This document shows, piece after piece, positions 48,449 to 58,137 of a stretch of DNA of 64,000 bases. Both the position numbers and the translations under genes were made by a program. The stretch spans positions 537,778-601,777 of the forward strand of contig JACKGH010000001.1 of the NCBI GenBank assembly GCA_020632075.1. Reading direction: 5' to 3'. Source of the DNA: Candidatus Nomurabacteria bacterium (GTDB taxonomy: Bacteria > Patescibacteriota > Minisyncoccia > Phycocordibacterales > UBA918). Under the pieces are notes generated by a model that saw nothing but the letters and a program-made list of their open reading frames with translations, searched no databases and was not told where the DNA came from. How positions within the stretch are numbered: the first letter of the stretch is position 1; every line of letters starts with the position of its first letter.

Positions 48449-49564
48449 TTAAACTGAAGTATATACGTCCACGAAGCGCTTCAAGTATTCTTCCTCACCC
48501 AGTGCAAATTGAACAGCTGCTGCATGAGCTGCTTGGCCATGCGCCCTAATCAGGTCAGGGGTATCACAGTATGTACTCATTGCTCCCGCAAAAGCCACTA
48601 CATCCCCCACAGGGACAACCTGACCAGTTACTCCAGGAACCACAAACTCACCAGCACAACCTACATCAGTGGTCACTACCGGCATACCAGCAGCAGCAGC
48701 CTCTACCAATACCATCCCCCATCCTTCGTGATCAGAAGAAAGACAAAGTACGTCGTGCGCCGCAAGTACGCTGGCAATATCATTAGTCCAATCCATAAAA
48801 GTGACCGAATCTGTAAGTGCTAGTTGCATAACCTTAGATTGCAACGCAGACCGCATAGGACCTGCGCCGACAATCGTTAATGTACAGTCATGTTGCTTTC
48901 TTACTTTTTCAAATGCGTCGATCAACAGTTGGACATTCTTTTCGGGCGATAATCTTCCCACATATACGAACTTCAGTGGTTGCGCGCGTGTGTACTGACG
49001 TACGTTTCCAACAGTCAAAAATGAAGAGAGGTCTGCCTGGATCGGCAACACCGTAACAAAAGACGCTGCGACACCACGACTGACCAGAGAACGCTTGATG
49101 CGTTCTGAGACGACCCTGATATGTGCGGTGGTACGAACCACTCTCTCGGCATACCAGACACGAACACGTGCGAATAGCGAGCGAGAATTGTATAGACTAA
49201 ATACATCGCCGTGGATCTGGATGTGGTTGGTCGCGCGGTTGCCTTTGGCAACCGCGCGACCAACCAGCGCCGTTGCACCTGGATCTTGCGTTGAGACGAT
49301 CCAGGCCTTGGCCGGGCGATCCTTTAGGATCGCCCGGCCAAGGCGAAACGCTTTCCAGAGCGCACCAATCCGCGTCTTAGCGTTCGTGCCATACACATGC
49401 AAATTCCCATCTTTGACTTCTGCAGGCAAGCCGTCACGCTTAAGCGTAAACACAATCATATGCAATCCACCTAACGCATCAGCGTACTCCCGCATTCGCA
49501 ATCGCTCCCGACTTCCCGCCTCGAGCGCCCGCTTCGCGTAGCCGATCATCAAGACCTGTTTCAT
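48449..49564 (-). CDS. Glycosyltransferase family 4
   Basis: FVYVGRLSPEKNVQLLIDAF...LSSDHEGWGMVLVEAAAAGMPVVTTDVG. Confidence 0.75.
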   Translation of the reverse strand: MKQVLMIGYAKRALEAGSRERLRMREYADALGGLHMIVFTLKRDGLPAEVKDGNLHVYGTNAKTRIGALWKAFRLGRAILKDRPAKAWIVSTQDPGATALVGRAVAKGNRATNHIQIHGDVFSLYNSRSLFARVRVWYAERVVRTTAHIRVVSERIKRSLVSRGVAASFVTVLPIQADLSSFLTVGNVRQYTRAQPLKFVYVGRLSPEKNVQLLIDAFEKVRKQHDCTLTIVGAGPMRSALQSKVMQLALTDSVTFMDWTNDIASVLAAHDVLCLSSDHEGWGMVLVEAAAAGMPVVTTDVGCAGEFVVPGVTGQVVPVGDVVAFAGAMSTYCDTPDLIRAHGQAAHAAAVQFALGEEEYLKRFVDVYTSV

Positions 49565-50679
49565 GAGGCCATTTCTTTTAACATCACCACAATATCTGCA
49601 ACGATCCGTTCTTTTGCAAACTCCTTTGAGCGACCGCGAGCAGACTGCACCAAACGCTCGCGCGATTCAGGATGATGCAACACCCGTGCGATCGATTCGG
49701 TCAATGCATCAGTATCATTAAATGGCACCAAGTACCCATTCACTCCATCGGTAATTAGTTCTGGATTACCACCCGCAACAGTAGTCACAATCGGCGTTCC
49801 AATGTCCATCACTTCAATCAACTGATGTGACAATCCTTCGTACGCGGTATTTAGCACAAACACATCCGCTGCCTTGATCATAGCGCCAAGCGTGTCTTTG
49901 CTGACACTACCGGTGAACCACACGTTACGGCTTAGCTTACGCTCAGCCACCTTTGCTTCCAAGACCTCCTTCTCTGGGCCGTCACCCACAATAATCAGCG
50001 TCACTTGCGGGAACTGTTCTTTCAACGCAGCAACGACATCAATAAGCGCACTGAAACCTTTCCATGGCACGAGTCGCCCTGCCGATACGATTGTGGGGTA
50101 TGGATACTCAAGCTCTTCTCGAAGCTGCTGACGAGGTGTAGTGACTGTCAGTGGATAGAGAGCGCTATAGATCACCTGGATTTTCTCTTCGGGGATACCC
50201 CACTTTACAACCATACGTTTCAGATACTTACTCGGCACGATGACTCGGCGCGCGTGAGAAACCACGTGCGTCTGCACTTTTGCCAGGAGTCTCACTGGCC
50301 GTGGCCAGTCACTAGCATCATCGAGATGATCGTCAAGGATCTTGGTTACTCCAAATCGAACCCGTCCCTGCTCCCACGCATAATCACCACCCAGTCTTAC
50401 CAAAAATGGCAACCGGCGAAGCTTCGAAACCCAGAGCGCCGGCAGTCCCACACTAACCGGATCAAGCGCGTAGATCAGATCAGACTGATGACTCGCGCAC
50501 CACAACTTCCAGAGGTAGACCATGTGTCGCAACACCTTCGGATACTTCCGCACCCAACCAAACGGAACTACCGTTACTTCGATATCATGAGCTGGTAGCT
50601 CTTGCTCAAGCATGGTGGCATACGTCGCCGGACCACCAATCTCCGGCGGATACAAGCCCGTCGCAATCGTTACTTTCAT
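49561..50679 (-). CDS. Glycosyltransferase family 4
   Basis: SAGRLVPWKGFSALID...LNTAYEGLSHQLIEVMDIGTPIVTT. Confidence 0.75.
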   Translation of the reverse strand: MKVTIATGLYPPEIGGPATYATMLEQELPAHDIEVTVVPFGWVRKYPKVLRHMVYLWKLWCASHQSDLIYALDPVSVGLPALWVSKLRRLPFLVRLGGDYAWEQGRVRFGVTKILDDHLDDASDWPRPVRLLAKVQTHVVSHARRVIVPSKYLKRMVVKWGIPEEKIQVIYSALYPLTVTTPRQQLREELEYPYPTIVSAGRLVPWKGFSALIDVVAALKEQFPQVTLIIVGDGPEKEVLEAKVAERKLSRNVWFTGSVSKDTLGAMIKAADVFVLNTAYEGLSHQLIEVMDIGTPIVTTVAGGNPELITDGVNGYLVPFNDTDALTESIARVLHHPESRERLVQSARGRSKEFAKERIVADIVVMLKEMAS

Positions 50680-51206
50680 AGTTTCTCTATAATACCATCG
50701 ACGTCAGCCAGTGTGTGAACGACGTGAATCCCGCGAACTGAGTCAACATTGCCGATCTGTTCTGGATCACGAACCATGAGACATACGATCGCTTGCGGCA
50801 CTGCAGACTGTACCGAAAGACACTGTTCAATCTTATCGTCGACAAAAACGATGGTTTCGTCTGGCGGAAATTGCTTGGCAATGGACGCCGCATCGACTCC
50901 CTTATCACCCTCAGAAAAAATGATATCCGAAACCATGTCACCCAATTTACTGCAGCGCAGCTTTTCTTTTTGATACTCCATAACAGTCTTGCCGTCACTA
51001 GTCATCGCAGCGGTAAGAATAAACAGGTCGTCTTTTGATTTCTGTCGCAGCCAATCAAGCGTATCTATATGCAAGTACGTACGCACGTCATAGTGCTGCC
51101 AGATCTCGGGTGTAAATAAAAGTGAGCCAGCACCATCTCGAGCTACGAGCTCCTTAAAAGACTTGGCGTCGTACAATGTGTCATCAAAATCTAAAATGTA
51201 TTTCAT
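50676..51206 (-). CDS. HAD-superfamily hydrolase (phosphatase-like)
   Basis: N-terminal MKYILDFDDTLYD matches HAD motif I (DxDxT); ~176 aa. Confidence 0.5.
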   Translation of the reverse strand: MKYILDFDDTLYDAKSFKELVARDGAGSLLFTPEIWQHYDVRTYLHIDTLDWLRQKSKDDLFILTAAMTSDGKTVMEYQKEKLRCSKLGDMVSDIIFSEGDKGVDAASIAKQFPPDETIVFVDDKIEQCLSVQSAVPQAIVCLMVRDPEQIGNVDSVRGIHVVHTLADVDGIIEKL

Positions 51207-52204
51207 AACAACCCAATTAACTTACGTGCCAACTTCCGTGAATCATGACGAATCAAGCTTCGTTTCAATGTATCCCCACCGCTCTTTTGCACTACTTCCT
51301 CGCCAAGCAGATCAGCCGGTACAACTCGACAGTCGTTTGATTCGCAATTAAATGCTACCGGATATTCCCCATCGTCTGCGTACCGACCAAGGAGCTCTTC
51401 GGGTAACGGTGCAGTATTTACGATCACCGCGTCAGGCATGCGACCTACGTAGCGACTGATCTCTGCGACATGCTCGGATACTCCCATGCCGGTGGTTTGC
51501 CCATGCTTGGTCATAAGGTTTGAAACATATACCACCTGCGCGGTTGTGTTCTGGATTGCTTCCGCAACCCCATCAACCACGCAATTGGCCAGCACACTGG
51601 TATAGAGGTCACCTGGACCAAGTACGACTAAATCAGCATTAAGAATTGCTGCCTCCGCAGCTTCACTCACCACCGCGCGCGGTGTCACCGACAGCGACAC
51701 TATTGAATGCTCAGCCCTGTCTTTGGTCGGTTCATCAATACCATGTTCACCAACCAACTCAACACCATCATCGTACGTTGCAACTAAGTTCACTTTCTCT
51801 GTCGTCACCGGGATCACGCTACCCTGGACATTGAGCAACTTCGACGCGGCCCGAATCGCTGCCGCTTCTGAGCCAAGAATATCAGTAAGCGCGACAAGGA
51901 GCAGGTTGCCGAAGTTGTGTCCCGACAGCCCATTACCTTTTTCAAACCGATACAAGAAAAGTTCTCGCACCAATTCCTCGTGCTCGTCGACATCACTCGC
52001 GAGCGCTGCGAGCGCCATACGCACGTCGCCCACCGGCAAGTAGCCAAACTCGTCACGCAATCGACCTGTCGAGCCGCCAGAGTCTGCCATGGTCACGATC
52101 GCTGCGACGTCGATCTGTTTTTGATACAACTTGAGCCCACGAAGTACCGTGTGTGTCCCCGTCCCGCCGCCAATAACCACCACACTGTGCTTTTTCATTA
52201 CCAA
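51203..52204 (-). CDS. yvcK: YvcK/CofD-like (UPF0052, gluconeogenesis factor / UDP-GlcNAc-binding family)
   Basis: VVVIGGGTGTHTVLRGLK...VTMADSGGSTGRLR matches the YvcK/CofD N-terminal signature. Confidence 0.8.
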   Translation of the reverse strand: MVMKKHSVVVIGGGTGTHTVLRGLKLYQKQIDVAAIVTMADSGGSTGRLRDEFGYLPVGDVRMALAALASDVDEHEELVRELFLYRFEKGNGLSGHNFGNLLLVALTDILGSEAAAIRAASKLLNVQGSVIPVTTEKVNLVATYDDGVELVGEHGIDEPTKDRAEHSIVSLSVTPRAVVSEAAEAAILNADLVVLGPGDLYTSVLANCVVDGVAEAIQNTTAQVVYVSNLMTKHGQTTGMGVSEHVAEISRYVGRMPDAVIVNTAPLPEELLGRYADDGEYPVAFNCESNDCRVVPADLLGEEVVQKSGGDTLKRSLIRHDSRKLARKLIGLL

Positions 52205-52236
52205 AATATAACAAGGTTATGCAGCAATTTGTTTCT

Positions 52237-53454
52237 TTACTTCTTCGCAAAGAGTGGCTTAAATACTTTGGTATCTATATCTGCTGCCACTATGTCCCAG
52301 TCGTACTGAGTGATCGCCATATCCTTGGCTCGAGCTACTACTTCTGCCACTTTCTCCGGTCGATTTACAATGTCTTCAACTGCAGTTTTGATCTGTTCTG
52401 GACTGTCTACATCTACCGCCCAGCCGGTTGTACCCTGATCAGGATTACGTATTTCATCAAATAAGAAATCGGCGATACCTCCCTCTTGCGTCGCAATGAC
52501 CGGCAACTCTGCCGCCATCGCCTCCACAAACGAATTACCCATCCCTTCCGAACGCGATGGTCGAATGAAGATATTGCACGCTTTGAGGTATTTCGGCATC
52601 ACGGAGTGATCGATGTGACCGCGAAGCAAGACTCGGTCTGACACTCCTAGTTCAGTCGCTAATCTCTGTAATTTTTGCTCATCTGGCCCTGTACCAAACA
52701 CCACAAACTTCACCTGCTCGGGCAGCAGGGCAATTGCCTTGATAACGTCATCAAGAGCATTTTTATGCACTAGACGCGAGGTAGTCACCAGCAAGACATC
52801 GTCGTCTTGGACAGCTAGCTCCCGGCGCACTTCACGCAACTCATCACTACTGTACTGCTGCGTGAAGTGCGCCGTGTTAACTGCATTTGGCACCAACACC
52901 GGCTCCCCCGCAAACCCCTTCTGCTTTGCCCAGTTACCAAGAAACGTCGAGATCACTTGCACCGCATCAGCCAGTACGAAGGCATCGGTAAATGCCTGCC
53001 CAAATGGTTTCATTTTTTTCTCAATGTGTTCCGGCGGGTCTCCTTCTTGCAAAGTCAGCACATACTGCGCATCCGGGAATACCTTCTTAAACTTCCCTGC
53101 TGGCACGCCAGTAGCATGCGCCATCAGCGCCCAGATAGCGTCGAACTTTTCTTCCTTGTGTAGCTTCTTCGCCTGCCAATACGCAGTCCACTGATAAAAG
53201 ATCTTGTTGAGGTGTAGTGGCAACTTTCGCAAATCCGCGACTGTCGGTTTGTGCGTCGTAAGTCCTATCCGATGCACGGTCACATTACCGATCTGCTCGC
53301 GCTTCGGAAATGTTGAGTCATATCGATTACACAACAAATGAAACTCATACTCATCTGTCGAAAGACGATCCGTGATCTCTTTGATCGCAGTTTCAGCCCC
53401 ACCCACCTTAACTGGGTAGTACACCAGCGAAAAAATCAGGATCTTCTTTTTCAT
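52237..53454 (-). CDS. Glycosyltransferase family 4
   Basis: MKKKILIFSLVYYPVKVGGAETAIKEITDRL (Glyco_trans_4-like N-terminus); C-terminal ...SRSEGMGNSFVEAMAAELPVIAT. Confidence 0.7.
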   Translation of the reverse strand: MKKKILIFSLVYYPVKVGGAETAIKEITDRLSTDEYEFHLLCNRYDSTFPKREQIGNVTVHRIGLTTHKPTVADLRKLPLHLNKIFYQWTAYWQAKKLHKEEKFDAIWALMAHATGVPAGKFKKVFPDAQYVLTLQEGDPPEHIEKKMKPFGQAFTDAFVLADAVQVISTFLGNWAKQKGFAGEPVLVPNAVNTAHFTQQYSSDELREVRRELAVQDDDVLLVTTSRLVHKNALDDVIKAIALLPEQVKFVVFGTGPDEQKLQRLATELGVSDRVLLRGHIDHSVMPKYLKACNIFIRPSRSEGMGNSFVEAMAAELPVIATQEGGIADFLFDEIRNPDQGTTGWAVDVDSPEQIKTAVEDIVNRPEKVAEVVARAKDMAITQYDWDIVAADIDTKVFKPLFAKK

Positions 53455-53462
53455 ACGGCACG

Positions 53463-54278
53463 TTACTTTTTCTTCACTGTCAGAATCAGGTGACCAGCAA
53501 ATTGCTGGTGCCATGCTTTCTTATTGAGTCGCTCATCAAAGCGCTCGAGTCGATGCGCAAACCATTCCCCTACCCCTGGTGAGATCTTGTAGAGGATACG
53601 TAGTGGCGCGAACATGGCTGATGCCGTCTCTGCGTCTTGGTCAAAGTTTTTCTTGAAGTACGCTCGCATACCTGCTGGTGTCACTGAGTCACAGTAGTTA
53701 ATGATCTCTTTACCGAACACCTTCTCCATTAGAAGTTTAGATTGATATGAAAACTGAAACGCATCGAGTGCGTACCGATTCACGAGTGTCACCACCATGA
53801 TCCCCCCTGGCTTCAGTACACGGAGAATCTCTTCGTATGCCTTCTTGATATCAGCTGCCTCAAGATAGCGAAACAGTTCGATCGAAACTACCGCATCAAA
53901 CGAATTGTCCGGAAATGGTAGCTCGGTCGCGATCCCTTCAATTACTTTTACATTTGGATTCTTCGCTTGCGCTCGTTCCCTCATTCCCTTGGCTGGCTCA
54001 AGACCAGTCATTGTGTAGCCCTTTTCAGAGAGATGATTTAGATAGTACCCGGTACCACACGCCACCTCAAGCACCTCGCCGGTGCCATGTAAATGCTCAT
54101 CAAAAATTGCATCCATCTTCTCAAACAATTTCTTTCGACCATAGGCAAAGGCGCTCGCATATGGATTTTCATCTAATACAGTGTATCGATCATAAAAGAC
54201 CGGTGAGTTCATATCATGTGACTGCACCGCCTTCTTTCGATATTTTAATGTCTTTTCGTTCGCTGATTCATTACTCAT
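53463..54278 (-). CDS. Class I SAM-dependent methyltransferase
   Basis: VLEVACGTGYYLNHL motif I; ...LKPGGIMVVT. Confidence 0.7.
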   Translation of the reverse strand: MSNESANEKTLKYRKKAVQSHDMNSPVFYDRYTVLDENPYASAFAYGRKKLFEKMDAIFDEHLHGTGEVLEVACGTGYYLNHLSEKGYTMTGLEPAKGMRERAQAKNPNVKVIEGIATELPFPDNSFDAVVSIELFRYLEAADIKKAYEEILRVLKPGGIMVVTLVNRYALDAFQFSYQSKLLMEKVFGKEIINYCDSVTPAGMRAYFKKNFDQDAETASAMFAPLRILYKISPGVGEWFAHRLERFDERLNKKAWHQQFAGHLILTVKKK

Positions 54279-54288
54279 AGTGGTACTA

Positions 54289-55251
54289 CTATACTACAGT
54301 TTTACACTCATCGGCGATCATTCCCATGGTCGTCACTCGCAAGACACCTTCCTCTCGCAAAGAAGCTGCATACTGTAACGCATCTTCGAGTATGTTAAGT
54401 TGCGTCGCTGTATCATACGAGAAGTTTGAAGGATGAAACCACAGATGGAAGATCTCTTGCCGATCGGCTGCAGCTTTGATACCGCGTCTGATCTTTCGTT
54501 TCATCATAGACGGTGTCACGAGCTTGCGGAAACCATTGCGGCCAAGGAGGAGTAAACTGTCAGGAATATTGATCAGTCCCGACTCGTGTCTGCTTGGCGT
54601 GACGGTCCGCACACCAGGCAACATGTAGTCAAACAGGCGCGCCAGTCGACCGAGCGGGCCAGGCAGCTTCATGTACCAGAAAGTACTCAATCCTCGGTAG
54701 CACTGGACACCGATCTCGCGCAACTCTTTATGATAGCCTTCCATGTTGCGCGGAAAGATAAACGAAGCGAGCGGTAGACCATAGCGTTTATGAATCCGTG
54801 CTATGCCTGCTATATCAGCTGCGATCGCTTCAGGCTTGATGGTGGGTGCACCATACAAAATATGCGCATACGAATGACTACCGATCTCTTGCGGCACCAC
54901 TGACTGTTGCACAGCTTTGATCACACCAGCGCTATCGAACCACAGCGGATCTGCCGTGTCGCCCGCCGGCGGATGATGGGCAAACCAATCAAGACTACTA
55001 TCGGTGAAAATCTGTGCCGGAAATTCGGCATGCACTCGCCCATCATCCGCCGGCGAACAATCGGTCTCGAGCAAATGCCCCACGATCGCCCACGTTGCCG
55101 AGATGTCGTATTTTTCAAACAGCTTCAAGATCTCTCGTGACACTGCCGCTTCTTCTCGCACCAATTGCCTCCGCTCCACACTCAGCATCTCATCGGCATA
55201 CCCAAGTGCGTACTCAAAATCTATGCTGATGGTAAGCGTCCCTTTTTTCAT
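54289..55251 (-). CDS. Polysaccharide deacetylase (CE4/NodB-like) family protein
   Basis: N-terminal TISIDFE.. then DISATWAIVGHL; later IGSHSYAHI (H-S-x-x-H-like motif). Tentative. Confidence 0.45.
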   Translation of the reverse strand: MKKGTLTISIDFEYALGYADEMLSVERRQLVREEAAVSREILKLFEKYDISATWAIVGHLLETDCSPADDGRVHAEFPAQIFTDSSLDWFAHHPPAGDTADPLWFDSAGVIKAVQQSVVPQEIGSHSYAHILYGAPTIKPEAIAADIAGIARIHKRYGLPLASFIFPRNMEGYHKELREIGVQCYRGLSTFWYMKLPGPLGRLARLFDYMLPGVRTVTPSRHESGLINIPDSLLLLGRNGFRKLVTPSMMKRKIRRGIKAAADRQEIFHLWFHPSNFSYDTATQLNILEDALQYAASLREEGVLRVTTMGMIADECKTVV

Positions 55252-55254
55252 AGG

Positions 55255-56742
55255 CTACGAATTATTCCCTTTCTTTTGCAAACGTTGATTTAAGAAATTG
55301 GCATACGCAAAGCGGACTTGGTTCGCAAACGCATCACCCGAACCGATCGACTTAATGAGCGCGGTACGCTTGCTGAGCGAGATAGCTGCCTGCGCTTCGT
55401 ACGTATCCATGGCATAGACCTGGTCAGCAGTACCGAGAACGCGTTTCAGAATAAACCGGGTGTACCACGAAATGTTCGCGATCTTTTGATCAGCCAGTGT
55501 GATCAAAAGTGGGACCTTATGCTTCCTTCCTCCGAGAATTGCTGCTAAAGCTCCATAGCTCGCAAAGAGCGCCCACTGGAACAAATACGAATGTTCCTTG
55601 CGTAGTCGACGTCCTACCTTGGCACCCAAAAATGGCAACAGGTATTTGTCGAGTTTATAGCCATACCCCACTCGATGGAGCGTGACATTTGGAATTTCGC
55701 ACTCATCCCCCATAGTGTCTTTACTGAACTTTGTCGTCACCACATCAAACTGCACGTTCGGCATTGAGCGGATCAAGTCGCACAGTGCATGCTCGGCAGC
55801 GCCGGCATGCGGGAAGAACGTGGTCGAAAAGACTAACACTCGTTGCTCTGCTTTTTGCACCTGACCGATCTCGGCCTTCACCTGTTTGATCCAGTCAGTA
55901 AGGGTGTGATTTTGCTTCCAGCCGAGCGCTTTAACCTGTACATTATCGACTCCTGCAGTCATCCGGTTTCCTTTTCGCTCTGGCATCATTACCACTTCCC
56001 CGCCAAACATATTCGCCACATCAAGCACTGAGTATTGCTGATCAGCACCGATACCATAGCCGTCACCCTTGCCATGCTTTGCAGTGAGAATGAGCCCATC
56101 GACAATATCGTACACATGGGTGTAGTTTCGTGTCTGCGTGCCAGGCGCGGTCACCGTAAGTGGCTGACCATTACGGTACAGTTCAGTGAAAATCCGGATG
56201 AGTGTACCGTACGATCCAGACATCTCCCGTGGACCATAGACATTATAAAAATACGTAATCGCGTACTCGACTCCAAACCAGTCAGCATAGTTTTTCACCA
56301 GTTCGGTATTGGTCGCCTTGGTCCAGGCGTACGGACTCTGATCTCGCCCATCACCCGCATCAGCAAACTTGGTTGATGAACCAGCGTACACCACCTTACA
56401 ATCACGGCGGCGACAAAATTCCATCACGGCAAACGTGCCGGTCTTGTTGAGATCCCACACCAGCTCCACATCTTCAAAGCTTTTCTCTGTACGAGCATAC
56501 TCCCCAAGATGAAAGACAATGTCTGGTGTTTCAGAAATATGTTGTGCAATATCCTTCGTGTGACCAGTCCGATACGCAACCCCTTCGACATGATTGTCGG
56601 GAGTGCCGGTAAAATAGTTATCAAGCGAAATAACCGCGTACCCTTCCTTGATCAATCGCTCACACAGATGCGAACCAACAAATCCTGCTCCTCCCGTGAC
56701 GACCGCTAGCTGCTGTTTTTCCATAGTGTCTAATAGTACCAA
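55255..56742 (-). CDS. Fusion: N-terminal NAD-dependent epimerase/dehydratase (UDP-glucuronate decarboxylase/UXS-like) + C-terminal glycosyltransferase-N-domain-like region
   Basis: VVTGGAGFVGSHLCERLIKEGYAVISLDNYFTGTPDNH (UXS-like); YAWTK (YxxxK); ~180 aa extra C-terminus. Start may be at MEKQQ (56724). Confidence 0.6.
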   Translation of the reverse strand: MVLLDTMEKQQLAVVTGGAGFVGSHLCERLIKEGYAVISLDNYFTGTPDNHVEGVAYRTGHTKDIAQHISETPDIVFHLGEYARTEKSFEDVELVWDLNKTGTFAVMEFCRRRDCKVVYAGSSTKFADAGDGRDQSPYAWTKATNTELVKNYADWFGVEYAITYFYNVYGPREMSGSYGTLIRIFTELYRNGQPLTVTAPGTQTRNYTHVYDIVDGLILTAKHGKGDGYGIGADQQYSVLDVANMFGGEVVMMPERKGNRMTAGVDNVQVKALGWKQNHTLTDWIKQVKAEIGQVQKAEQRVLVFSTTFFPHAGAAEHALCDLIRSMPNVQFDVVTTKFSKDTMGDECEIPNVTLHRVGYGYKLDKYLLPFLGAKVGRRLRKEHSYLFQWALFASYGALAAILGGRKHKVPLLITLADQKIANISWYTRFILKRVLGTADQVYAMDTYEAQAAISLSKRTALIKSIGSGDAFANQVRFAYANFLNQRLQKKGNNS

Positions 56743-56745
56743 ATT

Positions 56746-58134
56746 CTACGCGATTTCGTTACGCCGCGGCGACAGGAGGATGCCGAGCACCGCGACCACA
56801 AGAACACCAATCAGTGCATACGTCCAGCGATCTCCACTACCTGTCGCCGCGGCTGATACAGCAGCAAGCTGTGTTTCGGCAGGGGTCACCATTACCTCTT
56901 CTGGTTTAGCTTCGATTGCCACTTCATCCTTTACAAAACCAAACGATGACTGTGGTACAACTACTTCCGGAGCCACATATACCACTTCCTGGGGTTGAGA
57001 TACCGCAATCGAACTTACCTGCGGTGCTGGTGCTGAAGCAAGCACAATTGACTGACGCTGCCCGCCTGGCATCTTTGATGCCAGCAATACTCCCTTTGTG
57101 TCGTAGACTGCCACCATGCTATTGGTTGTACCGATCTTATTCCCAACAAGCGTGATAGTCTGCTGCGGCAAAATGATCGAGCGTGGTGGAAACACAAAAA
57201 TATCCTTCCCTCGCACAGCAAACCCTGAAAGATCGACTTCATACGGTGAGTCATTGTTGATCTGTATGTTTCCCGCCGCATCTGCAGTCAGCGAAAGTGC
57301 GACTGGCAAAATTGTTATTTCATGTCGAGTGACTTGTTCTTGTCGTTTATATCCCGCGTAGGAAGTTACTACATAAGTCCCGGGAAACGCATAGGTATGT
57401 GTTGGCTCTTTCTCACCACTTACTGTCCCATCACCAAAATTCCACTCATACGAAAGCGAATCGATCAAATGATCACCAACACCGTCAGCCTCGATAACAA
57501 ACGAAACTGGTTGATTCACATAGCCAATTTTTGGCGCATACACTTCTAGCTCGAGTGTCACACCAGGAAGGATGAGAATAGTTGGTTCGCGCTCGACTGG
57601 ATCTTGTAGTTTTGCACTACCTGAAGTAGCCGGAGTCACGGCCGCGGCGACACGCTCCTCAGGTGGTACTGCCTCCCGTCCCGGAGTCGCCGCGGCCGTG
57701 ACCCACCCCTTCGTAGTATATTGCGCCGTCTCCTTGGTTACATTATCTCCCCCGATCAACTCCCAGTCAGCTCCACCGATCACCTGGTCAACCAACGACT
57801 CATCAGCTCGCTCCAGACGCAGTGTCGCACCGGTATTCACGAGAGCGCCGGTATAGATCATAAAGGCAGCGCCAGCAGCGGAATCATCGCTCGTGCGCTC
57901 AAGCACAGCATACGAACCACTTGGAATACTGCCTACTAATTCAATATCTAAATTCATTCCATCGGATAGTCGCCAGCCAGTCACCTCAACTGCTGCACCA
58001 TCGTTATACAATTCGATCCACTCATGATTAGCCGAAGCAGTCGACCCCATCCACGCCACCTCGCTAATAGACACACCAGCACTTGCCGATACTGGCAACA
58101 ATAAAAACACACTAAGCAACCACCACTTCTGCAT
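56746..58134 (-). CDS. Secreted lamin-tail-domain (LTD) + PKD-domain protein with C-terminal TM anchor
   Basis: Signal peptide MQKWWLLSVFLLLPVSASA. LTD pattern VSISEVAWMG...HEWIELYNDGAAVEVTGWRLSD. PKD motif YEWNFGDGTVSGEKEPTHTYAFPGTYVVTSYA. C-terminal WTYALIGVLVVAVLGILLSPRR. Confidence 0.6.
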   Translation of the reverse strand: MQKWWLLSVFLLLPVSASAGVSISEVAWMGSTASANHEWIELYNDGAAVEVTGWRLSDGMNLDIELVGSIPSGSYAVLERTSDDSAAGAAFMIYTGALVNTGATLRLERADESLVDQVIGGADWELIGGDNVTKETAQYTTKGWVTAAATPGREAVPPEERVAAAVTPATSGSAKLQDPVEREPTILILPGVTLELEVYAPKIGYVNQPVSFVIEADGVGDHLIDSLSYEWNFGDGTVSGEKEPTHTYAFPGTYVVTSYAGYKRQEQVTRHEITILPVALSLTADAAGNIQINNDSPYEVDLSGFAVRGKDIFVFPPRSIILPQQTITLVGNKIGTTNSMVAVYDTKGVLLASKMPGGQRQSIVLASAPAPQVSSIAVSQPQEVVYVAPEVVVPQSSFGFVKDEVAIEAKPEEVMVTPAETQLAAVSAAATGSGDRWTYALIGVLVVAVLGILLSPRRNEIA

Positions 58135-58137
58135 ACA

